From the human T2T-CHM13v2.0 reference genome, Homo sapiens, in NCBI RefSeq assembly GCF_009914755.1, contig NC_060932.1: a stretch of DNA of 64,000 nt. The stretch is one strand, 5' to 3'. Position 1 is the first letter of the stretch, and each line of letters begins with the position of its first letter. Under the pieces are notes generated by a model that did not search any database, was not told the origin of the DNA, and was given only the letters and a program-made list of their open reading frames with translations. The position numbers and the translations under genes were made by a program. Shown here piece after piece: positions 1-19,955 of this stretch.

Positions 1-123
1 ACACAAAGGGCCACGGAATTATATTGCATTTCCATTTGGATTCTGAGACTCCCATCTCAAAAAAGTCCCAGGGTAGAGGGGAGGGTGGTAGGGTAGGGAA
101 GATAAAATCAGTAATGAGAGTAA

Positions 124-490
<367 letters not shown>

Positions 491-2805
491 TGGATGTGAG
501 GTTTCTTAGAATAGACGTAGGAGGTACAGGGGCCCCAGCTCCACAACGTAAGCAGGTCCAAATCAAATGCTTCATGCTTTCTGCCCTGTTTCTTGGAGCT
601 TCCCTGGTGAAAATATAAGTCTGTAGTTTTGTTTGGAACCCAAGTATTAAGTACCTAGGAGTTTACTTTACTGATGTCCAGCTGTATCCAAAGAAAAATC
701 CTAAAGTACTAAGAAAAGTGAATTAACTAAATAATTTTTAAATAGTCCTTCCTAGGGAACTTTCTCTCACGCAGCTTTTGGGTAAGAGTTGGAAGGCATC
801 AGTTCAAGGGCTTAGAGAGACGTTATTTTGTGTCCTTATTTGAAGAATGATCTGTAGACTTGAAACCTTATTATGTTGTGATGGAAGGCAGGGAGGACCT
901 GAAGGCAAAGCCAGGAATTTCTCAGGAAACAGTTCGGGGTCCACCCTATCCCATGAACAAGTCAGAGCTTTATTATCCAGAGAGGGCTAGAGGTGATTTC
1001 ATCCTGGAAGATTTTCAAAGCTCGCGTCCACCACCGCACGAAAAAATCCATCAATACCCACATTTTTATGGACAAAAAGGCATGTGTCTCCTAAGCCCCT
1101 TGTGGAGACTGATGTACCTGAAGCCCTTTTATGCTCACTTGACTCTTAGTCTAGTCTAGGTGACATTTCTCCTTCATATTTCCTGACATGGAGACCGAGT
1201 TTCAAATACCTAAAAGCACTAGAATCCAAGAATTCTGATTCCACTTCATTTTTTCTATTAATCTTGTCCTGCTACTCCCAACTCCCCATGCTTAGAGATA
1301 TCAAAAGTGCAGCCATATGTGGAATATTAACTGGGTAACAGCAGTATCACGCTGTTCCCCCTCCACCTTACAAAAAGCACAATCTGCAGAACTGTGAGCT
1401 CGGCCTCCACAGAAATGGAAACTCTCAAGCGCTGCCGTGTGGCCATGACAATCCGTGTAGGGGGTCAGAGCTTGGGGTGACCCCAAAGAGCTAAGGTTCC
1501 TTCTTAGCCTTTACTCTCACGATGTGGATTTCATCTGAGGAGTGTCATAAAACAAATCACTGAATTGGGTATCTCTACCAAGAAATGCAGTCCTCCCCTA
1601 TCTCCCTCCCATCCTGACACTCGGCAGAGAGCCTCTGCTGATTTCTAAGCAGCGTGTTATGCCTGCGATCAACCACGTGCTAAAAGATAATGCTGAAAAT
1701 GACCAGACAGTAGACTGTGAGCACGTCCACGCCCAGGATTCATTTGAAGGGGTTTGTCAAGTCTGGAGGTCTCATCCTGGCTTGGTGGAATCCCAGATTC
1801 CCCTGTGGAGCAGACTGGAGAATCCAAGTGTGAAACCACATTTTTGAATCCAGATGCAGCTGCCTCCCTTCACCCTGAAGGTTGACATTTAGAAGCACTT
1901 ACAAAGCACAAGGAAGTGTGAATAGCAACTGGATTCTGAAAGTAAAACCTCCTGCTTTGAACCTCATTTGCATGCTTTTTTCCCCCAGATTGTTGCAACC
2001 AAATTAATTCTCTTCACTGCTCCTAGCTCCTTCTCTCAGAGGTGAGGCATTAGGTGAAGATAAAGGAATGTGAGGAGAGACCCTTTATCGGGGAAGAGAA
2101 ATGGAGGATGGAAAACAGGGTGGTGATTCAATTACATACAGCACATTTCCTGTTCTTACAGACTGAAGGCTGACAGTTTAAAGAGATCAAAGGTTGCCTT
2201 TTGAAATCACCCCCTCAAAGTCTGGATTTCTATTTGTCAGCCATTAGCGCTAGGTGAAATAAATATCTTAAGACTCTGTTACTTGTTATTTTTTAAAGGA
2301 GGAGAGCTTGGGTAAGTAAGTAGATAAATGGTTTGAGAAGTCAGTTCTTGCAAATGGTTTGAGAAGTCAGTTCTTGCACCTACCAAGACATACCTACAGC
2401 GGAGTCCCCCGGGAAGATTGCCAGAGTCATTTGAAGAAGAGACCTGGAATGCAATTACATACAGTTCTAGTAAAGCCATGGGTGACTGAAACCTTAATTA
2501 CAATGAAGGAGAAACATACTTTGTGAGCATTTGGAGTTGAATCTTCCTCTTGCCCTTTGCCAATAGGAAGAATAAAAAAAGTAAAAGAAAGGAGAAGAGA
2601 CAGCAAATACTTCTGTCCACACCTGACCTGACTTAAATTTCCTCCAGGGCTCACTAGACTTAGCTCTGAGACAAATGGGTATTTAGTTCAATTGTCTAAG
2701 AGGGTCTAAGTAGATAAGGAGAAGAAAGATACTCAGAGTTCAGCTCCTTCTCCACTTCCTGCATCTCTCATAAAGGAAGAACTTGTTGGGCTCTCAAGAT
2801 TCACG

Positions 2806-3490
2806 CTCATGGTATGGCCATAATCAAAAAATCAAAAAATAATAGATGTTGACATGGATGTGGTGAAAGGGGAACACTTTTACACTGCTGGTGGGAATGT
2901 AAACTTGTACAACCGCTGTGGAAAACAGTGTGGCGGTTCCTTAAAGAACTAAAAGTAGAACTACCATTTGATCCAGCAATCCCACTACTGGTATCTACTC
3001 AGAGGAAAAGAAATCATGATACGAAAAAGATAGTGGCATACGCATGTTTATAGTAGCACAATTTGCAATTGCAAAAATGATGGAACCAACCCAAATGGCC
3101 ATCAGTCAATGAGTGGATAAAGAAAATGTGCTGTATATGTATCATGGAATACTACTCTGCCAAAAAAATAAAAAAATAAAAACACGAAATAATAGCATTC
3201 GCAGCAACCTGGATAGAATTGGAGACTATTATTCTGAGTGAAGTAACTCGGGAATGGAAAACCAAACATTATATGTTCCCACTCATAAGTGGGAGCTAAG
3301 CTATGAGGATGCAGTCATAAGAATAATATAATGTACTTTGGGAGTCAGGGGAAAGGGTGGGAAGGGGGTGAGGAATAAAAGACTACAGATTGGGCACACT
3401 GTACACTGCTTGGGTGATGGGTGCATCAGAATCTCAGAAATCACCACGACACCACCTGTTCCCTCAAAACCTACTGAAATAAAAAAAAAA
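2806..3490 (+). mobile_element. 5'-truncated L1 (L1PB-like): ORF2 end, 3' UTR and A tail
   Basis: acactgctggtgggaatgtaaac, ccatttgatccagcaatcccact, atggaatactact and ctcataagtgggagcta motifs, then poly-A. Confidence 0.9.
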
Positions 3491-3568
3491 TTTACTCTAT
3501 GGGTTGCTGGATTTTGTTTTCTAACTAGATGGAGGTTTCAAGTCACCAAAGGCCACATGTCACCCTAG

Positions 3569-4050
<482 letters not shown>

Positions 4051-4534
4051 TGATTGTAAAGCAGATTGTCTTCTGGTCCATATGATTTTGGAGCCCTGGA
4101 AATATGCCAGGTACTATGTTAGTGTTCGGGACAGAGAAGGGAAGAAGGCGATGTTTGCCTTCAAAGACGCTATTGTCTAGGAGCAGACCTAGACCCAAAC
4201 CAAAACAAAGTAACACAAAACAAAAGGCAGACTCAGACAATACAAAATAATGTGGCCAAACAGAGCGAGCCCAGGGGAAGGACACTTAGTCCCTACCCTG
4301 GGGGATATCTTAGAGGAACCATCACTTGAAGAGTCCCTTGGAATTAGCTAGGGAGGTTTACAATTTTCCACTCACCTCTTTGACAGAAGTGTTTGGAAGT
4401 TTCAGCTGACAGGGCTCTGGCTCACCACAGAGGATGCTGGTGGCGCTGCTGGGGATGCCAACTCACTAACAAGGACAGTGAGTAAGGGCTGAGCACTTGC
4501 CGTAAGGTCCCAAACTTGTCACCTCTCTGGATAA

Positions 4535-4829
<295 letters not shown>

Positions 4830-5289
4830 CTCTCTGGATAACATTTAATTTTATTTTATTTTTTAATCTCTAGAAACTTCAGGTTTTCAAAATTTGATGT
4901 CTGGCAATTAAAGTGCATTGACTAAACCAACCTAATTTGCTTTCTCAGAGTTTATAAAAAACACATACAACTGCCAAAGCTTTTGATTATTACAGGATAC
5001 CCAAGGGAGAATGTGGTGCCTTATGAAATCAACAAAATGTTCTGATTCCTGCATGCAGCCCTTTTGTGCTGGGACAAGATTTGCACAAGCCTGCGCTTGT
5101 CTTTCTTGTTTTTGTTGTTTGTATTTTAAAGATACTGAAGAAAGCAACCAGCTCTTTTATGCTGGTCAACTCTAACTTCACTTATTAGGGACTGTGCCTG
5201 AATATTAGATAGCCTAGGATAATTTGTGACTTTTTATTCATGAGCGAGCACACTTACTCCATTTAATTATTTGGTTGACACCAGCCATT

Positions 5290-6630
5290 CTCTTTTCTCT
5301 TGTTTTTCTTTTTCTTCTCCTTTTTGAAGACAGGGGTTCCCTTTGTTGTCTAGGCTGGAGTTCAATGGCATGATCACAGCTCACCGCAGGCTCAAACTCC
5401 TGGACTGAAGTGACCCTCCCACCTCAGCCTTCCAAGTAGCTAGGGCTACAGGCATGCACCACCACACCCTGTTAATTTTTAAATTTTCTGTAGAGATAAG
5501 GTCTTGCTCTGTTGCCCCAGCTTGTCATAAACTCCTGGGCTCAAGCAGTCCTCCGGCCTTGGCCTCCCAAAGTGCTGGGATTACAAGCGTGAGCCATTCC
5601 ACTTCTCCACGACACCTCCAGCTTCTTCGTGGAAGAGATCCAAACGGCATTCATCGTCTCCAATATGCTAGGAAATTCAGGAACCTAAAACATCAAGCTA
5701 AGAAAAAAACAAGCAAACTTAGGTTCCTGATAATTACGAAGAAACTCATGTCCCTGTCTTGTGACCCTAGAATCTTTCATGAGGTGACTTCCAGGCAGGT
5801 AGCTAGCACTCTGATCCCAGGCAGACTGGTACCCACCTCTCTGTTCTCTGCCTAGACCAGGACATCTCTGCATCATCCAGGGCTTCAGCTACTCTTTACT
5901 CTTCCAAATCCTTGCCTTGGCCAGGCATCTGCTCCCAGGAACTCTTGTCCCCTGTTTCCATGGGCCGGGCCAGAACTCCATTTAGACCTCCTGCAGAAGT
6001 CTCAGTAGACTCCCACTTGAACTCACCACCCTTTTCCTTCATCTCAAACCTGTTTCTCCTCCTGCACTGCTTATCTCAGACAGCAGCATCTCTCTTCACA
6101 TGGGCAGTGCAGCTATGATCTAGAGTGCAATCCTTATCTCCCATCTCTCATTCTAAAAGGGCTGCCGCTGCGTGTCAAGGATTCTCCCTCCTCATTCTCT
6201 CTGTTCCTCCTCGCCTCCTGCTATTTCTTCCCCACAGCACTCTCTCGGTTTGGGCACTTATAATCTTTTGTGGGAATTATGTAAGGCTCTCCTTGACTAA
6301 ATCCTTTCCAGTGAATCCAGCCTCCACAACCCTTGCAGGCTTTTGTTTGTTTATTTTTATTTTCTTTATTTTTTTGGAGGCAGGATCGTACTCTGCTGCC
6401 CAGGCTGGAGTTCAGTGACATGATCAAACTACTTCCTGCCTCAGCCTCCCAAGTGGCTGGAGCAGCTGGGACTTATAGGCATGTGCCATCATTCCTTGCT
6501 AATTTTCTTTATTTTTTTGTAGAGATAGGGTATCACTGTATTGCCCATCCTGATCTTGAACTCCTGGCCTCAAAGAATCTGCATGCCTCAGCCATCCAAA
6601 GCTCTGGGATTACAAGTGTGACTCGGCCAG
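5290..6630. mobile_element. Two antisense AluJ (~5290-5600, ~6345-6630) with a probable L2 fragment between
   Basis: Alu motifs; pyrimidine-rich L2-like sequence at ~5870-6330. Confidence 0.75.
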
Positions 6631-6664
6631 ACTTTTCTTTTAAAAAATCAGATCCAATTCTTTG

Positions 6665-7335
6665 TGGTTGGACTTAAAAAAATAAAAATTTATTCTCACA
6701 GTCTAGAGGCTACAGTCCAAAATTAAGATGTCACCTGGGGCTGGGCTGTGGCCTCCAAAAGTGCTGGGATTACAGGAGTGAGCCACTGCACCCGGCCTCA
6801 GTGTTTCACACCTGTAATCCCGGCACTTTGGGAGGCCAAGGCAGGCGGATCACTTGAGGCGAGGAGTTGGAGACCAACCTGGCCGACATGGCAAAACCCC
6901 GTCTCTACTAAAAATACAAAAATTAGCCAGGCGTGGTGATGGGCACCTGTATTCCCAGCTATTTGGGAAGCTGATGCAAGAGAATTGCTTGAACCCGGGA
7001 GGAGGAGGCTGCAGCGAGCCAAGATTGTGCCACTGCCCTGAGCCTGGATGACAGAGCCAGAGCAAGACCCCGTCTCAAAAAAAAAGATGTCACCTGGGCA
7101 TGCTCCCTCCAAAGGCTCTGGGAGAACCCTTCCTTGCCTCTTGTAGCTTCTGGTGGTTGCTGGCAATTGCGGGCTCTCCTTGGTTTGCAGATGCGTCCTT
7201 CCAATCTCTGCTTCCTCATCACATAGACTTCTCCCACGTGCCTATGACTCCATGCGTCTGTGTCACTTCTTAGATGGAGACCAGTGATTGGGTTTAGAGC
7301 CTACCCCATCCAGTGTGACCTCATTTTAACTTGAA
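6665..7335 (-). mobile_element. MLT1-type MaLR LTR split by a + strand Alu (6740-7085)
   Basis: atttattctcacagtctagaggc...ttccttgcctcttgtagcttctggtggttgctggc...tgacctcattttaact. TSD aagatgtcacctggg at 6725-6739 and 7084-7098. Confidence 0.8.
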
Positions 7336-8025
<690 letters not shown>

Positions 8026-8757
8026 TAATACAGCTCTAACTCTATCTCCATGCTTCCCTCCTTAAAAGCTTCTCAAAGCTTCCCATTTGCCTGGTGCGTG
8101 ACAATCAAATTCCTTAGAATGGTATATAAGGCTGTTCTCAATCTTCCCATCTCCCCTGCCTCCTTCTGCAGGCGCTTCTCCTGCTGAGCCTCCAGAACAG
8201 CCTCCTCCAGGCACGCAGGACCCTCCCTGCTTTGTTGCCAGCCTAGACTTCTTCAGGCTGCCTATGTCCCCAGCTTGCCCCTGCTTGGAATGCCTCCTGC
8301 CCCTTCCTCCACCATCCTTCAGCACCTGGTTTAAGTGTCCTCTCTTTTTCTGGGCCACTGGGTAGAGTCTCCACTAAAACACATTGTATTGAAATTATTT
8401 CTCTGTCTCCTTGGAAAGACTATCAGCACCTCCAAGTCAGGAGGGTTGACTTACATTTCTGTGGCTTTCCTCTGTTGGTCATAGTGGATACTTGTTTGTT
8501 GAATGCCTAACTCAGTAAAAAATCTAGAAATCCAGTGCTGCTAAATTCCAGAGACTCCATAAGGAGAGGAAGCTGTCAGGCCTTTCCCACCTCACCCACA
8601 GGGATAGCCACGCAAGCTTGAATGGTAATAACCTTGATTCATATGAATCTTATGGGTGTGTATAGTTTGTTTTAGGCATGGGCTTAAACTAAGAAAGAAT
8701 AAGAAACACATTTAGAAGTAATAATACATAGCGATCCTTATGTGTTAGTTACTATGA

Positions 8758-9058
<301 letters not shown>

Positions 9059-9736
9059 TGAGTACTAATTTCTTTATTGTTATTACCTCTGTCTCCTCGA
9101 GAGCACATAGCTAGTATAAATGGTGGTTTGACCCCAGAGAATCTGGCTCCAGAGTCCAGGCTCCCACCTGCTACATGACATGGCCTCTAGTACAACCATA
9201 AAGATAATACCTAACAGATACCGGGGCTTAGCATGTGCCAGGGGCTGTTCCTAAGGCTTTGTGTGATGAATTTCACAGGGAACCCTGGAGAACTTAGCCT
9301 AGCTGTACTTTGCTTTCTCCATTTGTAACATAGAATAATACGACCTCCAATCTCATTGTTTCTTTTGTGGTGAGGGTTAAATAAGATAATGCCTGGAAAA
9401 ATTAGAACTGTGCAGACCTACCTGCTTAAATGAACATTATTCATGCAACCCAATGGATAGTCATAGCTTTAGGGGAGTAAAAGTAGAGAAAGAGGACACA
9501 TCGCTGGCTGGTAGGAAGTAGGGCCCTGCGCTAGGAGAATCTGAGTTTTGAATGAAAGTCAGACCCGGGCACCTTGGTGGAGGTAAACCCTGAGAAAAAT
9601 GACTACAACTGAAACACTCATCTACTATGTTGCTGGGCAGCGGGGAACCAACCTAAAGTTCCTCCAGAATAACTGTTGTCATCCAAACCTGACTTCTAGC
9701 CCATTTACTGCTGTCATTTAAAACCTTCGGGCAAGG

Positions 9737-10235
<499 letters not shown>

Positions 10236-10739
10236 GAAAATCTTAGCCTCTCTAAGCCTGTTTCCACTTCTAGAAAATTAGGTGCTTAGATTTGGCCATC
10301 TTGAAAATGCCATCCAAGTCAACATTCTCTGATTCCGTGGCCCCCAAGTCTCTTGCATAGGAAGATACTTTCTTACCCTGTCTTTCTCTACTGTTCCAAA
10401 GGAAGGCATCTTTCGTGACTTTGATGCTCTGTGTATTTCTTTCCTCATGGCGTCTTTGCTATTTCTCTCTCCATTGGCAAATGTCCTTTGTTTTTAAAAC
10501 TGCATATAGGCCCCTGAACTTAAGAAAATTTTGCCCAAATCTACTTTCTCTAACCACCACCCTGTAGCTGTGTCTTCATCTGTCTAATTTATTGAGGCCC
10601 ATTGGCTCTCTACCTATCACCCAACTGCCTCCTGCCGTATTCCCTCTATAATGACTTTAGATAGCTCTCTCTTCCTAAAGGGGGCAAAGGATAAGGAATT
10701 TCTCAGCCTATCTAGCAGAGATAGTCTGAATACTTTTGT

Positions 10740-11675
<936 letters not shown>

Positions 11676-13277
11676 AATCTGCTGAAACTAAAAATCTTTT
11701 TTTTTTTTTTTAAGAGATCATGGGATAGGAAGGGAAGGTGTATGGAGGTGTGAAAGATGAAGAGAGAGAAAAACAAGGAAAGGATGGAGGGAAGACACAG
11801 CGAGCAGGGACCACTTGAGGCCCCGGGAGGGCCCTGGAGTCCTAATGTTGGCTTGAAGGAGGCAAGAGAGAAAAAGTCACGGAGAGAGAGAAGGCATTTG
11901 GGTGAAGGAACATGGGCCAGATAATGAAAGCCTGAATACCAAGAAGATGAGAAAAGAAGGCCTAGAGTCAGTGTAAGAATTGAAATAAGAAATCGCATTC
12001 TCTCAGGCAGCCTAAGAAAGGGAGTCTGGCTCTTTTGGTGTCTCCAAGCACAGAGGTGTGATGTAGACTCAGGAATTTTTGCAAGTCTATTTTGATCATG
12101 AGAAACCTTGCCTTGGGCCGTGGACTGTGGCTCAAGCCTGTGATCCCAGCACTTTGGAAGGTCGAGGTGGGTGGATCTCTTTAAGCCCGGGAGTTCGAGA
12201 TCAGCCTGGCCAACATGGCAATACCTGTCCAAAAAAAAAAAAAAAAGAAAGAAAAAGAAAAAGAAACCTTATCCTGGTCCTTCTTTTGTTTGCTTCCTTC
12301 AGAGACTGGTTCTTCCTTTTACTGTTGCTTAAATGTGAGTCTGGTTTTATTTGGAGGATGCTGTTTTTTATATTTCCTGATTTTATCTCTATTTGTTCTT
12401 TTCTTGGGATTCAATGGGTTTAGAATCAGAGGAAACTAGGAAGTGAATGAAAGCAAACAAAAGGAGTTAGTCTTTGAAATGGTTTTCTTATTCTGTTAGG
12501 TCTCCTATGTCATGAAATGACTCTGTTCAAAAATCACCAAAAAATGCAGTTCTGAAATGTAAATGCCCATGGGTCGTCTGAAAGGCAGCTTGACCTTAGG
12601 CTGAATGAGCCACTGAAGTCATTCATCCAAAAGGGATGGAACTGTTGGGTCTCTCAGAGTAGAAGGCCACTGGGCTATGGGATATGCCTATGGTGGCAAA
12701 TATTAATCTGACCCAAAAATGTTTGTGGGATTAAGTTGGCTAAAACAAAATAAAAAGCAATCAAATCCCCCCACCAAACCAAGAGCTTTACCCTCATCCT
12801 GCCTTACCAGCCAGGTCTGCTTTCTTCCAGAATTTTAGTATCTTCTTTCCTTTCCATAAGGTAGCTCAGAAACATATTCTATTTTCAGTATTCTGCATCT
12901 TGGGGTGAAATATTCTCTAGCTCTTTGAGATATTTCAGCGTTTCCTCCTTGCTTTAATAATCATTACAGACCGTGTGACTAAGAATTTCCTGCTTTCTTG
13001 GAATGATATTAATGATCTATTTATATGTTTACGTTTTGAAACACTGCAACAAAATAGAGCTCCGCTTATCTTTGTTATTGAAAAAAAAATACATTCTATC
13101 TGCTGGCCCCGGAAGTAAGGAAAACTGTTTTCTCTGGGACAGATGTTAAATCCTCCATTTCCTTGATTAATCACCTCCTGTGCCGAGTGATTAAGAGAGC
13201 CAGGAACCTTCACTGGGCTACAGACTTGAGATCGTTGAAGTGAATGGCGTTGGACAGTCTTGAGGTTTTAAAAAAAA

Positions 13278-13650
13278 GTTTTTAATTTTTAATTTTTCTG
13301 AGTACATAGTAGGAGTATATAGATATGGGGTACATGAGATGCTTTGATACAGGCATGCCATGTAAAATAATCACATCATAGTGAATGGGGTGTCCATCCC
13401 CTCAAGCATTTATCCTTTGTGTTACAGATAATCCAATTACAATCTTTAGGTTATTTTAAAATGTACAATTATGTTATTATTAATTATAGTTACCCTGTTG
13501 TGCTATCAAATAGTAGGTCTTAGTCATTCCTTCTAACTATTTTGTTTTGTACCCATTAACCATATACACTTTTCCCCACTACCCTTCCCAGCCTCTGGTA
13601 ACAATCCTACTACATCCATGAATTCAATTGTTTTGATTTTAAGATCCCAC
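13278..13650 (-). mobile_element. L1MA-type 3'-end fragment
   Basis: ggggtacatgagatgctttgatacaggcatg...ctacccttcccagcctctggtaac is typical of the antisense L1MA 3' UTR. Confidence 0.85.
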
Positions 13651-14349
13651 AGCCTTCAGTTTTAAAAGCCTTAGAAAACTGCTTTTCACTGAGAACGCTC
13701 AAATTGTGTGACAATAAAAGTTATTTCACACTTCTTTCTGAGAGGCTTCTAGCCTTGATTAGCAGTTGTAAATAATACGTGTATACGCTGAAAATAAGAA
13801 AATGAATACATTACTTCCTCAAACAATTATACTGTGTAATATGAGAAATATTTGAAAACTATGGAAAAGGTGGAGCAGGTTAAGGAATATAACAAAAATC
13901 CTTTGGAGGTGAAAGTCTAGAAACCACTGTGGAAGATGCGTCTTTGTCTCAGAATTGTTACTGCTGACTTTTGGGTGCAGACCTCTCTTATCAAACCTGG
14001 ATCAGGAACTCCTTCCATCAAAGCTGACTCTGGGCTCTGAATGCTGCTGTTGAATGGCCAGTCTTACCAACATGAAAAGAAGCCACGATACCAGAGACAA
14101 GCGAACAGACATGCAAAATGACAGGAACAGACCACAAAATGATCTCTGTGGTTGCTGGAACAGCAATGTCTGCGAGGGTCACAGCAAGCTGAGAATAGTC
14201 TGAATTACTAGGCATTCTTTTCGGATCAGCTGCGTCTTTATCTCTAGTTTGGAGATGTGTAGATTCCATAGCAGCAAAGAAAAGAGGTCATCCAACTCTG
14301 GCTTGAGGAATGTGGAGGCTGGCCATAGGTGGTGGAGATACCGTTTTAG

Positions 14350-14871
<522 letters not shown>

Positions 14872-15091
14872 TAATTTTTTTTTCTGTAGAGATGGGGTCT
14901 CCCTATGTTGCCCAGGCTGGTCTCGATCTCTTAGGCTCAAGTGATCCTCCCTCCTCCATCTCCCAAAGTGTTGGGATACAGGTGTGAGCTACCGCACCCT
15001 TCCTGTTTCTTTCTTAAGAGCATTATTATATAGGCCAAGAGAGTGACAGGGGTTAGATTGCTTGGAAATATTCTTAGATCTTTGAAATAGC

Positions 15092-15285
15092 ATCTGCATT
15101 ACCCAAATACAGTACCCACTAGCCACATGAGGCTATTTAGGTTTAAATTAATAAAAGATTAAATAAAATGAAGCATTCAACTCCTCAGTTACACAAGCTG
15201 CAGCCACATGTGCTAGTGGCTACCATATTAGCCAGGGCAGATAAGGAACATCTCCAGCATGGCAGAATGTTCTAAGTACTGCCCT
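15092..15285 (-). mobile_element. MER3 (hAT-Charlie) DNA transposon fossil
   Basis: cactagccacatg...tttaaatta...gccacatgtgctagtggctacc internal palindrome. Confidence 0.8.
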
Positions 15286-15429
15286 ACAATTTCTTGAGTC
15301 CATTTGTAAATATTATGTAGCTACTATATTTCTTTAAGCTTTCCTATCTCTTTAAACTTTTCCATCTGTAAAATGAGGCTAATAAGTTCTCTCCCTCAAA
15401 AGGCTGCTATGAAATGTACTTATCTATTA

Positions 15430-16633
<1,204 letters not shown>

Positions 16634-17644
16634 AGAGAGAGAAAAGGAAATGAGAAGACCTTATGAGTTGTAACACTTTTAGCCCTGAACTCCCCTCCCC
16701 TTTAAAAAAAAAATCCAGTGGCTGAAAAATGTGTGCAGAAAGGTGTTTATTACTATAGGTGTCAACACAGCCTTGAGTCCGGACAGACAAGCCAGCTGCT
16801 CTCATGGGACCTGTGTATATACAGCAAAGGTAATTACTTTGGGCTACAGCTACTAACATGATTTAGCAAACTCCCTGCCTGCAAAAGTCTCATCATCCCC
16901 TAGAGAATGGGCCCAAACTCATTGCAACTGTGCAGACCTACCTGAGCTTTTCCTGCCACAGGCTCTTTGAGATCTGTTATAATTTGCATTCCTTAGGCAA
17001 ATGGAATTTAAATTCCTTAGGCAAATTTCATCCTGATGGAACACCAAGATGACATGCATGGCATGATCTCATTGTTTGGGATTTCTGCTTTAGAGTCATT
17101 AACATATGCTTCAACAGGCAGGGGAGGGAAAGCAGCTGGGCTCAGTTCCACTTTGCTTTCCTGAGTGCTCCCTCACAGCTGAATAACCCTTGCTTTTCAA
17201 AGCACCTTCACAAATATCTCTGTGGCGCTTCCTGATATTCTTGTGTGGTGGTGAGGGCATTATGCGGTATTGCAGGAAGAGTTACAAGACTGGTATTCTG
17301 GTCCTGGGCTGCAAGTTAAGAAGCCTGTCAGTAGATGTTCCCGTGTACCCACTAAGAAATGCATGATAAGAGAGAATGGGTGCGCTGTGATCAGACCACA
17401 TGTGTAATTAACTGTTCTGTTCTTGCACAAGGGGAGAATCAGGTCCTATGTGTCACAAGGAGGATAAGCGGAGTCTTTCTACACTTCAAATCATATTTGA
17501 TTTACGAGACAGACCTACAAAGTCTTTCAACCATCAGCCTGAAATGAAACTTTCTCCTCCTACTTATCTTCACCGATTTAAATTCTCCTGTCATCTTAGT
17601 AATAGGGTGACAGAATTTCCTTGGGACGCTGACTCAGGTGGCAT

Positions 17645-18014
<370 letters not shown>

Positions 18015-18767
18015 TCACGGGGTGCATGTGAGGCTTAAGTAAGCATATGAAAAGAGGATAAAAGTGCTGTAAAGACACATGAATGCAGCTGTAAAATCCC
18101 CCATACCCCTATAACCTCTCTCTTTCTGCACTCCCCTATCTAGTGATGTTGGAAAGTACCTATATCGGATTATTGTCTTCCTTCATTTTTCTTTAGATCT
18201 TACTTTTCAGAAATTTCAGTTGTCTCCACAGCCCTGAAAACAAATCTCTTAAAGAATCATGTAATGTTGTTAGATTTTCCCAACTTATTCCATTAAATTG
18301 GTAGATAGGATGCTTGGAGTGTGTAAAACAATTACCTTGAGCTTTGTTAAACCCTTAGCTTCTCCTTCTGAGTGCATAGGAACCTGTCCTAGTGCTCATC
18401 ACGTGGCACTGACATTTCTATTTTAAAAATCTGTGAGGGCAGATTTTAATTCTGCAAGGGCAGGGTGATACCAGCCTTGCTCACAGCTTGATCTCGTGCC
18501 GGATACATAGTTGGTGAAAAACTGACAAAATGTGTTGATTAAGCAAGTAGTAGGTGGTGTGATAAGAGCAATCTAAATCCACACTGGGGGCTTGTGAGGG
18601 TGGCTACTCCCTCCTTGGTAACCTTGTAAACTGTTGGGAACCAATGACTCCCGGTCTCTTCAAATAAAGTACTAGGTATTCAGGCCTATGATATTTTGAT
18701 CTTTATTTTATACAGCTCTGAACAAACCAGGTTTGAAGAGTCAAAAAAAAAAAAAAAAAAGTCCCTG

Positions 18768-18796
18768 ATGTGTGTGTGTGTGTGTGTGTGTGTGTG
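18768..18796. repeat. (TG)n microsatellite
   Basis: About 14 TG units. Confidence 0.95.
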
Positions 18797-18820
18797 TCTT
18801 TTAAAAAATGATAAGGGGAA

Positions 18821-19735
<915 letters not shown>

Positions 19736-19821
19736 TCATCTGAAAATCAGCAGTGAATGAAAAGGAGGCTTTAAGATGATCGGGATCCTAGATGCTCTTC
19801 CCTTTGCAGTAACAGAAGCTA

Positions 19822-19955
19822 ATCCAATCAGTTCAGTATAGCAAATAATAAATTTATTAGGTGCCTACAAGTACAAAATACTGAAAGCCGCTGCAGGGGA
19901 TTATAAAGATGTGTAAGAGACAAGCCCTGCCCTCAAAGAGCTTACAATCTAGGCA
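19822..19955 (-). mobile_element. L2 3'-end fragment
   Basis: tttattaggtgcctac...ccctgccctcaaagagcttacaatctag resembles the reverse complement of the L2 3' terminus. Confidence 0.75.

Noticed and set aside
860-1159. 99-aa unique-sequence ORF
   Set aside because: Non-ATG start, no recognisable homology, and no convincing splice structure.
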